64,000 nucleotides of DNA from Chrysomallon squamiferum (taxonomy: Eukaryota > Animalia > Mollusca), in assembly GCA_012295275.1 (NCBI GenBank), contig CM022665.1, positions 37,200,001-37,264,000 on the forward strand, written 5' to 3'. The notes under the pieces were generated by a model. It was given only the letters and a program-made list of their open reading frames with translations, had not been told where the DNA came from and ran no database searches. This document shows, piece after piece, positions 48,970 through 62,196 of the stretch. Each line of letters starts with the position of its first letter. The stretch's first letter is position 1. Position numbers and translations under genes: made by a program.

Positions 48970-49025
48970 ATCAACACGTGCTGATTAGCCAATCGGACAT
49001 ATCATGGCGTCGCGCAGGCGCACTT
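48970..49025 (-). promoter_or_regulatory. TTC27 proximal promoter motif cluster
   Basis: Within 55 bp, about 75-130 bp upstream of the ATG: CACGTG E-box (48975-48980), AGCCAATC CCAAT box, ATGGCG (YY1-like) and GCGCAGGCGCA (NRF1-like). This is a local CpG cluster in a CpG-poor background. Confidence 0.6.
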
Positions 49026-50489
49026 GAGACATGTTTATTATTTCCGTTGTAAACATTACAAGAATATTTCACTAAGAAATAATACTTAACACATGTATTT
49101 ATTATATAAATTAAATTTATATGAAATAATATAGTTAAATTTATATAAGCTGCTAAATATTAAAGTTACTTTTATTTCACTTCACATCGACAGTTTTTAC
49201 TTACAAAGGATGATGTCTATATTTAATTTCATTAAAATAATGAAGTTTGATTTAATAAATGAAGACGTTAAAACGGTATTTTAAAAAAGTGAATAGTTAA
49301 ACAATCTGATAATTAAACATGTTTAAAATAGTAATAATCAAATTTTGTATCAGTAAAATAATAATAAATAAAGTATCGAATAATTAATCAAAAATTAAAA
49401 TCAGCTGTCAGTTAAACTAATGACACATTAACATTTCTGGCTACTTGTAGTTGTAGCTTTATTGATTGTATGAATTTATCTCTGTTGGTTATGATCTATG
49501 AGAAGAGCAGGTGATTTGGAATCATTGTTTTGATGCTGTTGCATTGTTTTGATGCTTGGCTACTGTACCAACGCGATTCATAAACGCTGTTAATACTGAA
49601 ATTTGATGTACAGAATATCAACAACAGTTATTATTTTACTCAAAACAGAGACTGAGATGAAGTATTTTCCTTGTTCTTCGTCGAGCGCTATATTGCTAAA
49701 AAAAAACAATTATTTAATTTTATTTAATTTTTTTAATTTTTTTTTTTTTTTTTTTATTACTTTATATATATAGATAGATTGATTTGTTGTTGTTGAAAAA
49801 TGCATACTTCTTGTTAACGGTTTAGCTAGGTGAGCTGTCGACTAGCCATATTATAAAGCAAGATACAAAGCATCATAAATACAAATATGAACGAAATGAT
49901 CGAATTTGACAGATGCAACCAAGGCGACAGCTCTAAGTTTAATGCTTACATTTATAACATCTTTAGAAATATAATTTTTGAGGTTGTTGTTGAATATAGA
50001 CGGCTGAAACACATTCTCTTCATGATACAGAGTTCTGAATTTTACACGAAAAATAAAGTTATCGATAAATGACATATAAATTTGTTGACTTAGAATTTCG
50101 TTGATATTTAAGTCTAACAATGACACCAAGTCATCATTACTTATAAATCTTTAATCCGTGCTGTTGATTTTCGAGTGAGATCACAGTCTCATTAGTCTTA
50201 TTCACAAATGTCGATTTGTCCCGCGGGATTGTATCTATTCTTATGTGAAGCAGATGTTTATGTTTGGTAAACATTTTCCGTGATATAAAATGTGTTTTTA
50301 AGTGTTTTCCAGTAGAGCAATATGTCACTGGATCAAAATGATATTCCGTGAATTTGGAACCATTTAAGTACCAAATAAACAAAGATTATGAGCAATTGTA
50401 TATTTTAACAGAAATTCAAGTTGAACTTAATAAATATCATAGTCGTATACAGAATCTTTGTCTGTATGTGACCGATTGTAAGTGAATGT

Positions 50490-51197
50490 CTAAGAGGCGC
50501 ACGCAGGCACATACACCTTATTGTAGCACCAATGTTTAGAATTTATTGTTGTATTTCTTACCAATTTGAATGGCGCCGTATGTAATATAATTAGTAACCA
50601 GTGACAATTACGTGCGGTTACAGAGTGAACAAACAATGTTTTAAATGTCATAATAAAAGGTCGACATAAATATTTATTAAATAAAAAATACGCAATATAA
50701 TTGTGCAAAATCCCTCCTCATCCTTCACAGCTCTGCTTAGTTTATTGCTATCGATGAGCAATTTAACCATAAACCATATAATTATAATAAAAATATACAT
50801 ATCTGACTTGTAGCTGATGTCGAAAAAGTACGTGTAGTCAGAATTCTAACAGCAGTTATAGTATAAACTAAAAATATTGCTAAGCAGAATTCTTTGTCCT
50901 TTATTATACATACTTAATCAAACATTTATTTATTTATTTATTTATTTATCATGATCGTAGACTATTTGAATAAGCACATTTTGTTTACTTTTCACATACC
51001 GACTATTAATCACCAGAAGCAACTTATGATTCTTTATTATGCAAAGAAACGTCAGCTGTTACAGCTTCTAACACGCTGCTACTTTATCGTTCTAAAATAC
51101 CTATTTCCGGTAGAGATAAAGTACGACATAACATCGAAGCTTTTGGCCAAGGAGGAAAATACAAAGTAAAGCAGAGCAGATAATCTGTCTATTGGCA
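50490..51197 (+). promoter_or_regulatory. Probable PACS promoter / 5' UTR region
   Basis: CpG-retaining DNA upstream of the ATG, with GGCGCACGCAGGCAC (NRF1-like, about 50496) and AATGGCGCC (YY1/E2F-like, about 50569); TSS not determinable. Confidence 0.4.
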
Positions 51198-51304
51198 ATG
51201 GCGGATAAGGTATCTCGGAGTACTGTGTCTGGGGCAAAACCCGTTCCCATGAAGCTATTTGCTTCATGGGAAATCGAAAAGACATCTCCAAATTGTGTCC
51301 CAAG
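51198..51304 (+). CDS. PACS2: PACS coding exon 1
   Basis: gcaATGG start; AG|gtatgt donor. Confidence 0.92.
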
Positions 51305-54300
51305 GTATGTTATTAAGTTTATACATTCTGATTTGTTTTTTAAAAACATTTACGAAAATGTAACTTTATTTCCACCGTGATTGGTGTTCGACGCTGTTTT
51401 CGTTTTGTCTGCTGTCACTTATCTGTCAGTGTCAGTTTTTGGAAGCTTAAAATTCCACAAAACATATATGATTGTTGAATTGTTTGTATCACAGACTTTT
51501 TAGTTAATAAAATAATTTTATTTTCTGTAATATATTTAATTTAATTTTGTATTCTTAACATGTTATTGAGTTTTTGTTGCGATTGTTTTTGGGTTTTTTT
51601 TTGTTAACTTCAATGAAAGTATGATTAAATCATTAACACTATCATTATTATAATATTTTCGCGCGTTTATTTTTAAAACGAAGAATATTTTTTATCAAAT
51701 AATATTAATAGCGATAATAAAAATTATATTTGATTTATTGTAAACTGCAGCTAATACATTATTTCTATAGTATTACTGCTAGCATGTAGAGCTTTTGAAT
51801 GAGTAATCAGTAGTAAACACAAAAAGTAAACATAAAAAAGTCTTTTAAATTATAACAAGTGTAAACTGTTAATAATTTCTTTTGATAAAACTTCTACAGT
51901 GTCAAAAATATTTAAAACAATAAGAAATGCCACTTGTTTTCACATAACAACCAGTAATTTTCAATAATCTTGTTGAACATGAGTCATGGCCCTTAGGTTA
52001 TATCATATTTGATTTATTGATTATCAGATGTCAGTAGAAATGGCACATTTCAATAATGTGAAAAATAAATTGCGTAAATAATTCTGAACAGTGTAGCTTT
52101 GTGATTACATAAGATATGATTCATGTTTAAGCAGGTGTGTTTTATGTTGGTGAATGTTGTAAAGGCAAAACAAAAAAGTGGGATTTTAAGTCATTGAACT
52201 TCAGCATTAATTCAGTTCCCGAATCACAAAAATGTTTTAGTATATGAAATAAAGATAAATTTAAACTAAAACAAGGAGTAATGGTTTCAGTATTACATAA
52301 TTATTTTAATGTATTAAAATTCAAAACTATTTTACTTTTTCTGCACATTTATGTTGCTATATTATAGTGTTGAAAGTATAGCAATAACTGCAATTCATTT
52401 ATTTACAGTTTTAAATACTTATTTTATTTATTTATTAATTAAAATTTTAGAAAAGAAAATGTTACATTTACTGAATTAGTATATATATTTTATGTATACA
52501 TGTATGAAATTATGTAAGAAGTGACTGACAACAATTATTCATTAAACTGTTACTGCCTAGCAATCCAGCATTAAAAAGCATTTTTATTTAGTTTTGTTTT
52601 GATAAAAATCATATTTTAAACAATGCATTTTTCACACAATATTAATTCTGCATTTTTGTAATAAAATTTGTTATTGATTTTTTTGTCATTAATTAGATTG
52701 GGTGTAAAACTGAAGATGTCTCTAGTTGTTTGTAATTGTCTAATTATTTTTAAAAGAAAAAGTCTGATTTCTTTTAGGGTAGGCTGAAAGGGGTTATGAT
52801 ACAGAAGTAAATGAATATATCCCAAGATCAGTTGTTTTTATTTTGTTATTTCCCATAACATTATTATAAGCCAGATCACAACAATGAGTAATAGAAGTTT
52901 TTCTGTTCAGGGGAAGATATATATGTAAGAGATTCCTTGCTATTAATCAGTAGGTATTGCCTAAGGAGCAGTGGTAATGATTTTCCAAAACAGTCACATC
53001 AGTTATCATTATATAAGAAAACATGACTGATGCCTAATTTGCATTAAAAATGAAATGTGTCATTAAATATTCATTGATTTATTTATCTGTCTTCTGTTTT
53101 TTAATTTAAAATTCTAATTTCCTTATTATGTAATACATAAAATATACGACATACTTTTTAAAATGTTTATTTATTACCATAGTCTGACATATATTAAAAA
53201 ATATGTAAGCATTATTATTATTACTGTTCAACAGTAACTATAATTACATTATATTTTACACATAAGTTGATATAAATATGTACATTCTGTTGTATTGTTG
53301 TAATAATTATGTACAATACATTATACAGGACAGTTCATTAAAATGTTCTTTTGTCTTCATTTTCTTCATTCCTTTATTTTTTTATTATAACATTTATTAC
53401 TACTGTACAAACACCATTTCAAGCAGAGTGATACAGCAGTGATCAATACAATGTAATTTTAAAATATTCATTATGACTGAATAAAGTTAGAATTATAAGA
53501 TGTAATTTAAGAAATTCTCACAAAATATCTGTTCATGCAAGGTATGCTTAATGGTACTTGATTATATAAACTGTTGTTCGATATCCATTGCAGGCACATT
53601 ATAGTTACCAAGTAAAGTATTAACAAGCAGGATGTGGATATGTTTCTAATCTTGAAATAAACTATGATTATTTTCAAAATGTTTTGCTGATACTGATTCT
53701 GAATATGAGTGAAGACAAATAATGTATTAAAATGGTTATTATTATGTGATTTCTTGAAAGCATACTACACTGATGTGAAAGCAGTGAAATGGTGGCTTTT
53801 CTCAGTTCTTCAGTGACAATGTCAAATTTAAATTTGCATCAGTTTTGTTTTGTTAGGATGGTGCTGACAAAGGCATATATGGGTGTATGAAGGTCAACAA
53901 ATGCTGACAAACTGTTTTGTAATCCATTTGAATAAAGTCTAGACAGATTTTGACATTGAACTAATTTAAGCTTTTTCGATTACCCAAGGCCTTTCCAGTT
54001 GCAGATCAAAGACGGCTGAAGCTGTTTGTAAACATGCACGCTTGTCTTTCCAGTACAGTTGCTTACATGTGTTGTAACAAAGAAATTTCACACCACACAA
54101 ATGCTGTATGTGTGAAGTCTGTGTGAATGGCAGACTAGCACATGATTGTCACATTTAATAAATTTAACCACAGTTAAATGTAGTTTTATGTCAGTGCTTT
54201 GTTCAGTTTAAAATGGCATTGCTAGAATTACTTGTTAAATCTTTTTTTGAATAACAAAATAGATGTTTTCAAATAATATTAAACTTAATGGTTTAATATT

Positions 54301-57266
54301 CTGTTTTAGATTAAATTACATTTAACTCTAACCTGTAGCTGTGTTTAATGTGTGTTAGTATATTAGCCTGCTTCAGACAGACACACACACTTTGTACACA
54401 TATATTTGAACATTTATAGAATTTCAGTTGTAATGTATTCACGTTTGGCATGTTGTAATTATGAACTTGAACCACTTGAATGCCTTTGTTAGTTCTGGTC
54501 AGCTGCCAGCTCACTGTCAGCAGATGCTTGTATTAACAATGAACAAACCATCATTATAAGTCATGTAATGAGTTTGTGCACATATATCGCAGCAGTAATC
54601 AATTATATAAACTGTTCTTACACATCCAAACTATTGTGGTCTCAGGAATTCATAATTGTAAAAGCTGCCCATAAATATTACTATTAAAAATAGTGAAAAG
54701 GGCATTTGTTATGGTCATGCAGGAATAAAAATAAAAATTCTTCGCGTAGAGTATTGATTTTGAATTTTATGGCAAAGAATTGCTGGCCATTGATAACATG
54801 AATTGTTTTTCATGAAATTAGTAAATTATGGCTTATGTTGCAAAGTATATTGATAAGGATGCTTTATAGGCAAAGAATATATTTTTGTGTTTTTATGTGA
54901 ATATACGTGTGTGTGTATATGAAATATATGTTATTTATTTTTATTATTATCATACTGCTTTTCCATGCAATATCTGCTTAGTGCATGTGTGATTCTAGAA
55001 CAGTTTATGTTTGCTAATATTTTCTCGTAAAGCTGAACTGCACGGTAAACTAGGTTAACAGACTTCTGTGTGTGTCCTGGCTAGGGAGGCAATTGGTTCC
55101 TTGATTTAATCAGCAGTGTTCAAGGGCTGCTGTCCACATTGATTGTAGAATGGCATTTGTTGATAACTGCAATATCACCGGTCAGCTGATGTGAACCAGT
55201 CTCAGAACATCTCACTAATAACATGTACTTAAATGGCAAATGTTGTTATTAACATGGTGAACTTTTCCTTCAGCAGAAACCATTTTGAAGATTTAAGGGA
55301 AAAAAATATAATAATAAAAGGCACGATTTTAAGAGTTTTAATAAAAAAAAAAATATATATTATTTGTTTTTTTTTATTTTTTAAATAATTTAATATTTCA
55401 GAAAGTAGTTAATATATTTGCTTTGTTGTTTGTGATTGTTTTATTTTTATTTTCCAAATAATTTATTTTTTTAATCTGATTTGCACTGGTTTGTTTTCTT
55501 GGAACATATAACAGTGAACAAGTGCCTTTAAATTTATAAAATGATTATTGTTGTTGTTGTTATTGTTATTGTTATTGTTATTGTTATTGTTATTGTTATT
55601 GTTATTATTGTTATTGTTATTGTTATTGTAATTAGTAGTAGTAGTAGTAGTATTACCATCATTATTATGTAAATAGAATTTAACAGTTGTGTAAAGATTA
55701 CATAGTACTTATTAATTCTGAACTATATATTTAAAATTCAAATGTACCTTGGAGAAAAAAAAAAAAAAATCTTATAATTTATGTATTTTTGTAAAAGTTC
55801 AGTGTTCATTCATAAAGGCAGCTTTTCTTTAAGAATATTTTGTTTTTAGATCTACTGTTAATACTGATATTTTTTTTTTATGTAAAATAATTTTTACCTG
55901 ATCCATAAATGTAACTAATTAATTTTGATGCATTTCATCTTATGTAATTTGGATTAAAATTAATAGAGGGTACATGCTAGAATGGACTAATCCTATGAAC
56001 ATCATTATTCTTTTACATTATCATCTACTGATGCTGTTAAAATATGAAATCAGTATATTATTTTTTAAATTATTATTATTAAATATATAAAAACTGTAGT
56101 TTTAACATTTTGCTCGAATATGAATATTGAAACAAAACTTATTATTCAATAATTTGATTATTATTATCACCCATTTTATTCACATGGAAATCAAATGTAA
56201 AATTAAAATAATAAAATAAATAAATAATAGCAAAAGAATAAAGCTTATCAAATGAAGAAACATTTACATTCCTAACACTTTTTATTTCTTTGTAAAGTTT
56301 ATCCAACGTAGCATTTCTAAGAAGCAGGGGACAAGCTACATGTCCCTTTGGTTGAGATGAAGTATACTGTCATTTTTGTACATGCAATACTGGTAGGGCA
56401 AGAAGGGTTAAAGAAATTCCCAAAGCTTGCTAGGGGACTTTAGTGAAAACAATGTAGCTAATGACCAACTGAACTGACACTTTTGACTGTTTAACATGGA
56501 ATGAACAATGTTGGCAGTGGTATATGATAGTCACCTACACTGCTTGAGAATGCAGTAAAGTGTAAAAAGCCAATTACTTCTAGCATTCTTTACCATATGA
56601 GATTTACTGGTTGACCTCAAAATGACTTTTTAGCACTTCCTACTAAAGTTTCTGAAGTAGTTCAGGCAAATGCAGTCTTCATTTAAATGAAATTAGTTTT
56701 CACATCAGTCTCTTCATTCTGTTATTTTCTCATGAATCCTGTTAATAAAATATCTGTCCAGTGGGCTGAGGATTATGTTGAACCTGTAATATTGTTACAA
56801 GATAGAATTATGTAATAATTATTCATAGCAGTGTCCAATTAAATTATATACCTGCCTTATGTTGTTGGGTGTTTTTTTGTCTGTTTTTCTGTGATTAATA
56901 AAATCAAATTTTCATGTGCAGTTTAAAGAATGTACATTCAGTGTTTTCCATGCAGTGTGCTCTTTCAACCTAATTTTCAGCATCATAATTTGTTTTTTTT
57001 GTCAAGTTCTTAGATTTTCTCTTTCAATAGGTATTCTTTACATTATCAGAAATGTTTATTTAATTTTTCTGTACATATATAACTGTCATTCTTAAAACAT
57101 AATTATTACATGTTGAACATTATGGTTTTCAGGAATTGAGTTTATATAGTAGAGTATGTTGTTAAGTGAATGAATAATTAACTGAACATTGTGATACATC
57201 AAGGTATTTTTAATGTGTAATTTTATCTGCTGTGTGTTTGTTTTTGAGTGTATGTGTATATATGTG

Positions 57267-57298
<32 letters not shown>

Positions 57299-59240
57299 GA
57301 AAGAGAGAAAAAGAGACACACGACTTGTATATATATATGTGTGTGTGTATATGTGTATGTATTGCATGTAACATGTGTAAACATTTTTGTGTCAGTGAAA
57401 TAGGGTATGAAAATCATCCAGCCATGGTCTACAACAATTACCCATCAGTTTTATTCTCTAATGTTTCATTTCCTTCTATATAGTGCTATTTGTCATCCTT
57501 TTCTTATATTATAGAACAAGTCATATGAAATATAGATTTTTTTTGCAAATATATGTATTGACTGTAATTCCAAAACAAATGAGTTGGCTTACATTGACTA
57601 AATATAGCATGATAGCTTAAAAGTGTGACCAAAGTATAATATGATTTTCTTCTTTGTTAATCAATCACAAGTAATTGATTTAGATAGATACATTTAGAGT
57701 ATTTTTATGTAGTTCATTCGAGATAGATAATATTTGTATCTTGTTTTCTGTCTATCTATTGATTAATCTATTTGTGGATGTGCATTATTATTAACTCTCT
57801 GTGTGTTTGTGTGTATGTGTGTGTGTGTTACTTACTTTTTAACTTTTTAAGCAGATCTTTTTGTTTTGTATTATGTATTTTTATATATTTAAAAAAAAAA
57901 AAATTATTATAATTATTTTTTTAATACTATATTTTTAGATCTTTCCAATATGACATGGACACAGAACAAAATTGTTATTTATTGTCATATGAAATGTTGT
58001 GTACAACATCCAGCTTAAATCAGTAAATAATAAAACAACATACCCACAATATGTTGCACAATTTGGCTAAAATTAAAGACATAATTTATTTGAGTAACTT
58101 TTGTTATGTGTCTGTAAAGAAAACAACTGAATGCACTTGTGTGTATCAAATAAACAGGGAAAAAATAAAAATAAAAATAAAAAAGCAGTGAAGAAAGTTA
58201 AAAGAAACTGAACAATTTTAACAATCAAGATAAAAATGTATGTGCATTTCACAAAAAGATATCTTCTAGGTTTGAGTTTTTTGAATGGTTTTTGAAACCA
58301 AAATAGTTCTGGTTCAGTAGGTTTACACAGTTTTGGCTTTGTTCAAAATGTCTTGTTTTGTCAAACAGATGTTTTTTATGTGATGTTATAGTTACTTAAT
58401 TTACTTCCCTTTTTTGATTGTTTTCTTTATATGTATTTATGTGTGTGTGTGTGTCTGGTTGTGTATGTGTGTGCCTATGTATGCATGTATATAGATGGAT
58501 AGATAGTTAATAGATAAAATTCAAATCATTGTTTTATATAAGTTCAAAGAAGTATAACTGTTAATTTTGTAACATTTATTTTTAAGTGTAATTTAACACG
58601 TTTTATTGTTGTTTTTTTTTTTTTTTGTTTGCAGTAGTAAAACAAGTCATGTTTACATTAACCATATCAGAACAAATGGCCTCATTTAATTGCATTTTGT
58701 TTACTTTCTAATTACTACTTTAATTATTTCTCTCCACAGGGTTTTTCTAATAGAAAATATGAATCCTAACAAATGTAATTTTGTGGTGTCATTTACCAGG
58801 ATCCAGTAGACTCAGTAAATCATAGTAAAGTTTCTAATTACTCAGTCAGGGATTTCTTGGTGTTTTTTTTCATGTATATCATAAAAAGGAAAATAATATT
58901 GTTATGGTGCATCCCTAAGAGCTTATTATTTTAAAGTATTTAAGCTAAAGCAATTAACACTGAAGAATAAGAAGATGTGTTTAGGAATTTGTTCAGATAC
59001 CACAGCATCTCTTTAAAAAGTACTTAATTAGTAGTAAAGATAAAACACAGGAAAGTCAGAAACTATCACCTTCATGTATACAAAACATATTTATGTTTTT
59101 TGTAACATTATTTATTGAAAGCCATCCGCAAATATAAAACTTGATACCTGATAATTAAAGGAATTTAACTAATGTGAATATATCATCACATATATGTATT
59201 TAATGGTTATAAAATAATAAAAATACCTACTGTGTAAGAG

Positions 59241-59277
<37 letters not shown>

Positions 59278-59779
59278 GTACGTGATATAAATATAAACAT
59301 TTGCTTATTGAAAAATATTTAACTTCTTTTATTTATACAGGTGGGTGCAAAAGTAGGTGTACAGTAGTATTACATCAGTGAATTTAGTCGCATATTAAAC
59401 CAGTAGGAATTTATAGGATGAATATATTATTATATATGTGTTTCTTCAAAATAAATACATATGTATATTTGTTTATTTGTTTATATGCCTGTGAATATGT
59501 ATGTGTTGATGTGTGTGTGCATGTGTTTATTCACGTATAACATGTGTTTATGTGTTTATGTATGTGTGTTATTGCTTGTATATTTATTTGCTGACATGTT
59601 GATGAAAGTTTGTATTTATTTCTGTATTTGTATGCATGGATTTATTTATTTATTTATTTATTTATTTATTTTCTTTTGATTGTTCTTGCAGGTTATGTAC
59701 TCTGACTCTGACGAGACTTGTTGTACAAAAGCCATTAGAAAGTGATTTGACATCCGTCACTGTTGCTGTTAAAATGCAG
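51198..59779 (+). CDS. PACS2: PACS (phosphofurin acidic cluster sorting protein, PACS1/PACS2 orthologue), 3'-partial; join(51198..51304,59692..59779); gene continues beyond the window
   Basis: MADKVSRSTVSGAKPVPMKLFASWEIEKTSPNCVPR|LCTLTLTRLVVQKPLESDLTSVTVAVKMQ matches recalled human PACS2 [51 protein letters not shown]; phase-2 intron of 8387 bp. Confidence 0.93.
52860..53090 (+). mobile_element. Family A decayed copy in PACS intron 1
   Basis: atatgtaagagattccttgctattaatc core; aaatgtgtcattaaat tail. Confidence 0.5.
55545..55652. repeat. (TTATTG)n followed by (AGT)n
   Basis: Read directly. Confidence 0.92.
59336..59364 (+). mobile_element. Tc1/mariner-type terminal inverted repeat remnant
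   Basis: TA-CAGGTGGGTGCAAAAGTAGGTGTACAG; TA target site plus CAG terminus; shares CAAAAGTAGGT with the 35.9-kb copy. Confidence 0.55.
59692..59779 (+). CDS. PACS2: PACS coding exon 2; missed by the ORF track
   Basis: ttgcag|G..CAG|gtcagt; LCTLTLTRLVV...VAVKMQ. Confidence 0.93.
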
Positions 59780-61679
59780 GTCAGTCTTACACAAGTGAAT
59801 TGCAAAATCGGTTAATGCCACACAAAGGACTAATTACAATCTTTATTGAAGGATGGCCAATTGTCAGTGTGCAGTGTAAATACACTCTATAATGAAGGAA
59901 GCAGAACTGTTGCCTTTTCTAATTACCAGGAAGCCATAAAAGTTGAGCCGATGGCTTTTGTGTATACATCTTTATAAGCATGTATTTGAAATTGCAGTTT
60001 TGTTTCTTTTATCTTTTAAAAAGTTTCAGGTGGTAAGGTTTTTTCTATTTTTAAAACTTCATTTATTGATTTTAAATTTTTTTTTTTTTTTTTTTTTTTT
60101 ATATATTACCTTCAGATGTAAAGATATTGATCAAGATTTACAGTCCTTTATAGTAATAAAATGTGATTTGTTTTTTATGATTAATATAATGAAAAATAAT
60201 AGGCTTTATATATTTAAAAAGTAATGATTTATGAACAGTAAATAAATAAAAGGAATAGTTCTTGGGTTCTAAATGGTTTCTTCTGGGCATTATACAATAT
60301 GTAAACATTTTCTGTTATGTGTCTTGGACATTATTGGCAAAATGTATCAGTAAATGAAAGGAATCGGTTAGCTTTGATGTTGCAGTGGTTAGGCCATTTA
60401 CTTTAAAGTATCCCTTTGATGATACATACATTTGGTCTAAGTATATTATAGTATACTTCCAATTTATTGCTTTAGTTGTTTTCACAAATAGTATTTGCTA
60501 ATAATAATAATAACAGCAAGCTCATGAAGAAAAAAGGAAAACATATTTTGTTTCATTAAGCAACAGTATATTTTTCTTTTTATCATGACATCATACTGCA
60601 CATAGAAAGGAAAAAAACAAAACAAATAAAAATAAAAATAATTAAATAAAAAAATAATTTGAGCAAATGATTCCCCAAAAACAAAATCCACACACACAAA
60701 AAAACAACAACAACAACAAACAAAAAGAAAACCAACAAAAACATAACAGAAAAAAATAACAGCAAAATCAACATCTATGTAAATGAGGAAATCATTGCAA
60801 AGTTGCTATATCCTCAGGGACTGATAAAACATTTCCGTATACAGAGTGACAACTTTATACAAGGGAAAAGGTCAGCATTCATGATCCTCATTCACTTGGG
60901 GTTTTTTGGTGCATGATTTTTATTTTTATTTTTTTATTTTTTGGTCTTGTCAGATATAAATGAAAGAATCAGTTAAAAATATATAAAATGTAACTTAGAT
61001 GTTTGTTTTTAATCATCAAAGAGAGGTATACTTTGAGATTAGTGTGCTCTTTTAAAGATTTCATATCTAAAATAATCAGTGAAATGTTACTGGTAAGAAC
61101 ATTACCATGAGTTTTAACTAATATTTTAATATACTGTTTTTTAAAAAAAACAAAAAAAACCAATCTTAACCCCCTCTTCAAAACCAGTGAAAAACAACAA
61201 CAACAAAAAACCCCACAAAAAACCCCCAAAACTAGTAATTTTATGCAAAGACTAAGCCTACTTTTTGACATCTTGATTTAGAAAACGTTACTGAATATTA
61301 CACCTATCTAGTTAGAAGATCAGGATAAGGCTCACAGCATGTAACAATTATATTGCAATGTAGTATCAGTTTGAGAAGATGTTGCATTAACACATTTTAT
61401 GGCTTTTACGTTACATTCTATTAGACATATATTCTAAACAGAAAATGCAGAGAATATCTTATTATTATTCTAGTTATTGGAAAAGACAGTATAAAAGGCT
61501 AAATTTCAACTGAATATTCTTTCCTTTATTGAAACAATGTCATCCCAATTTGTCATCTATTAATCAAACTGTGTGTGCAGAAGTATGCCATTATTGAGAA
61601 AGAATGAATGAAAGTTTTATGATACCACAACAGATTTTAACATTAACAGTTATCAGGTATAATTCTTATATTTTATGAA

Positions 61680-61900
61680 TTTTGATCCTAACACAGATGA
61701 AAGCTGCTATTGCTACTCCAGTGGTTATTATTTTTATTTTCAAATTATATCAAGGGATCTTTAACATGCATCTTAATACAAAAAAAGAAAACATGGTCTT
61801 TGAAAACCATTTGTGGAATAATGTCTAGAATAGGAAATAACACACTGACTAGCATGGATCAAGCAATCTAATATTCTCTAATTAGTGAGCTATAGACTGC
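61680..61900 (-). mobile_element. Family A decayed copy, reverse orientation, in PACS intron 2
   Basis: caagggatctttaacatgcatc..acatggtctttga matches the reverse-complement core. Confidence 0.45.
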
Positions 61901-62141
61901 TGCTGCTCTTATTATGAATTAATACAATCTTAGAATACTATAAAAAATATTTTTGTCCTATCTAAATATACACACTGAAGAACATTAATTCTATATTCTG
62001 TTAAATCTGCTTATTGAAATGTATGGCTGAGTTTGCAGTGAATTTATTTATTAAGATGAAAGAAACATAATAATCTTATTTCATCAGTTTAATAAGCAAA
62101 CTGCATATGTAGTTAAAAATGTATTAACACACATCCATGAC

Positions 62142-62196
62142 ATTAGCATCCATTTTTAAAATATGAAATTAGCATCCATTTTTAAAATAAGAAATT
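62142..62196. repeat. 26-bp tandem duplication
   Basis: attagcatccatttttaaaata(t/a)gaa, two copies. Confidence 0.85.

Noticed and set aside
49851-50129. RGS-domain similarity (IY..FI and EEN)
   Set aside because: The motifs are in the wrong order for an RGS domain and too short to be significant.
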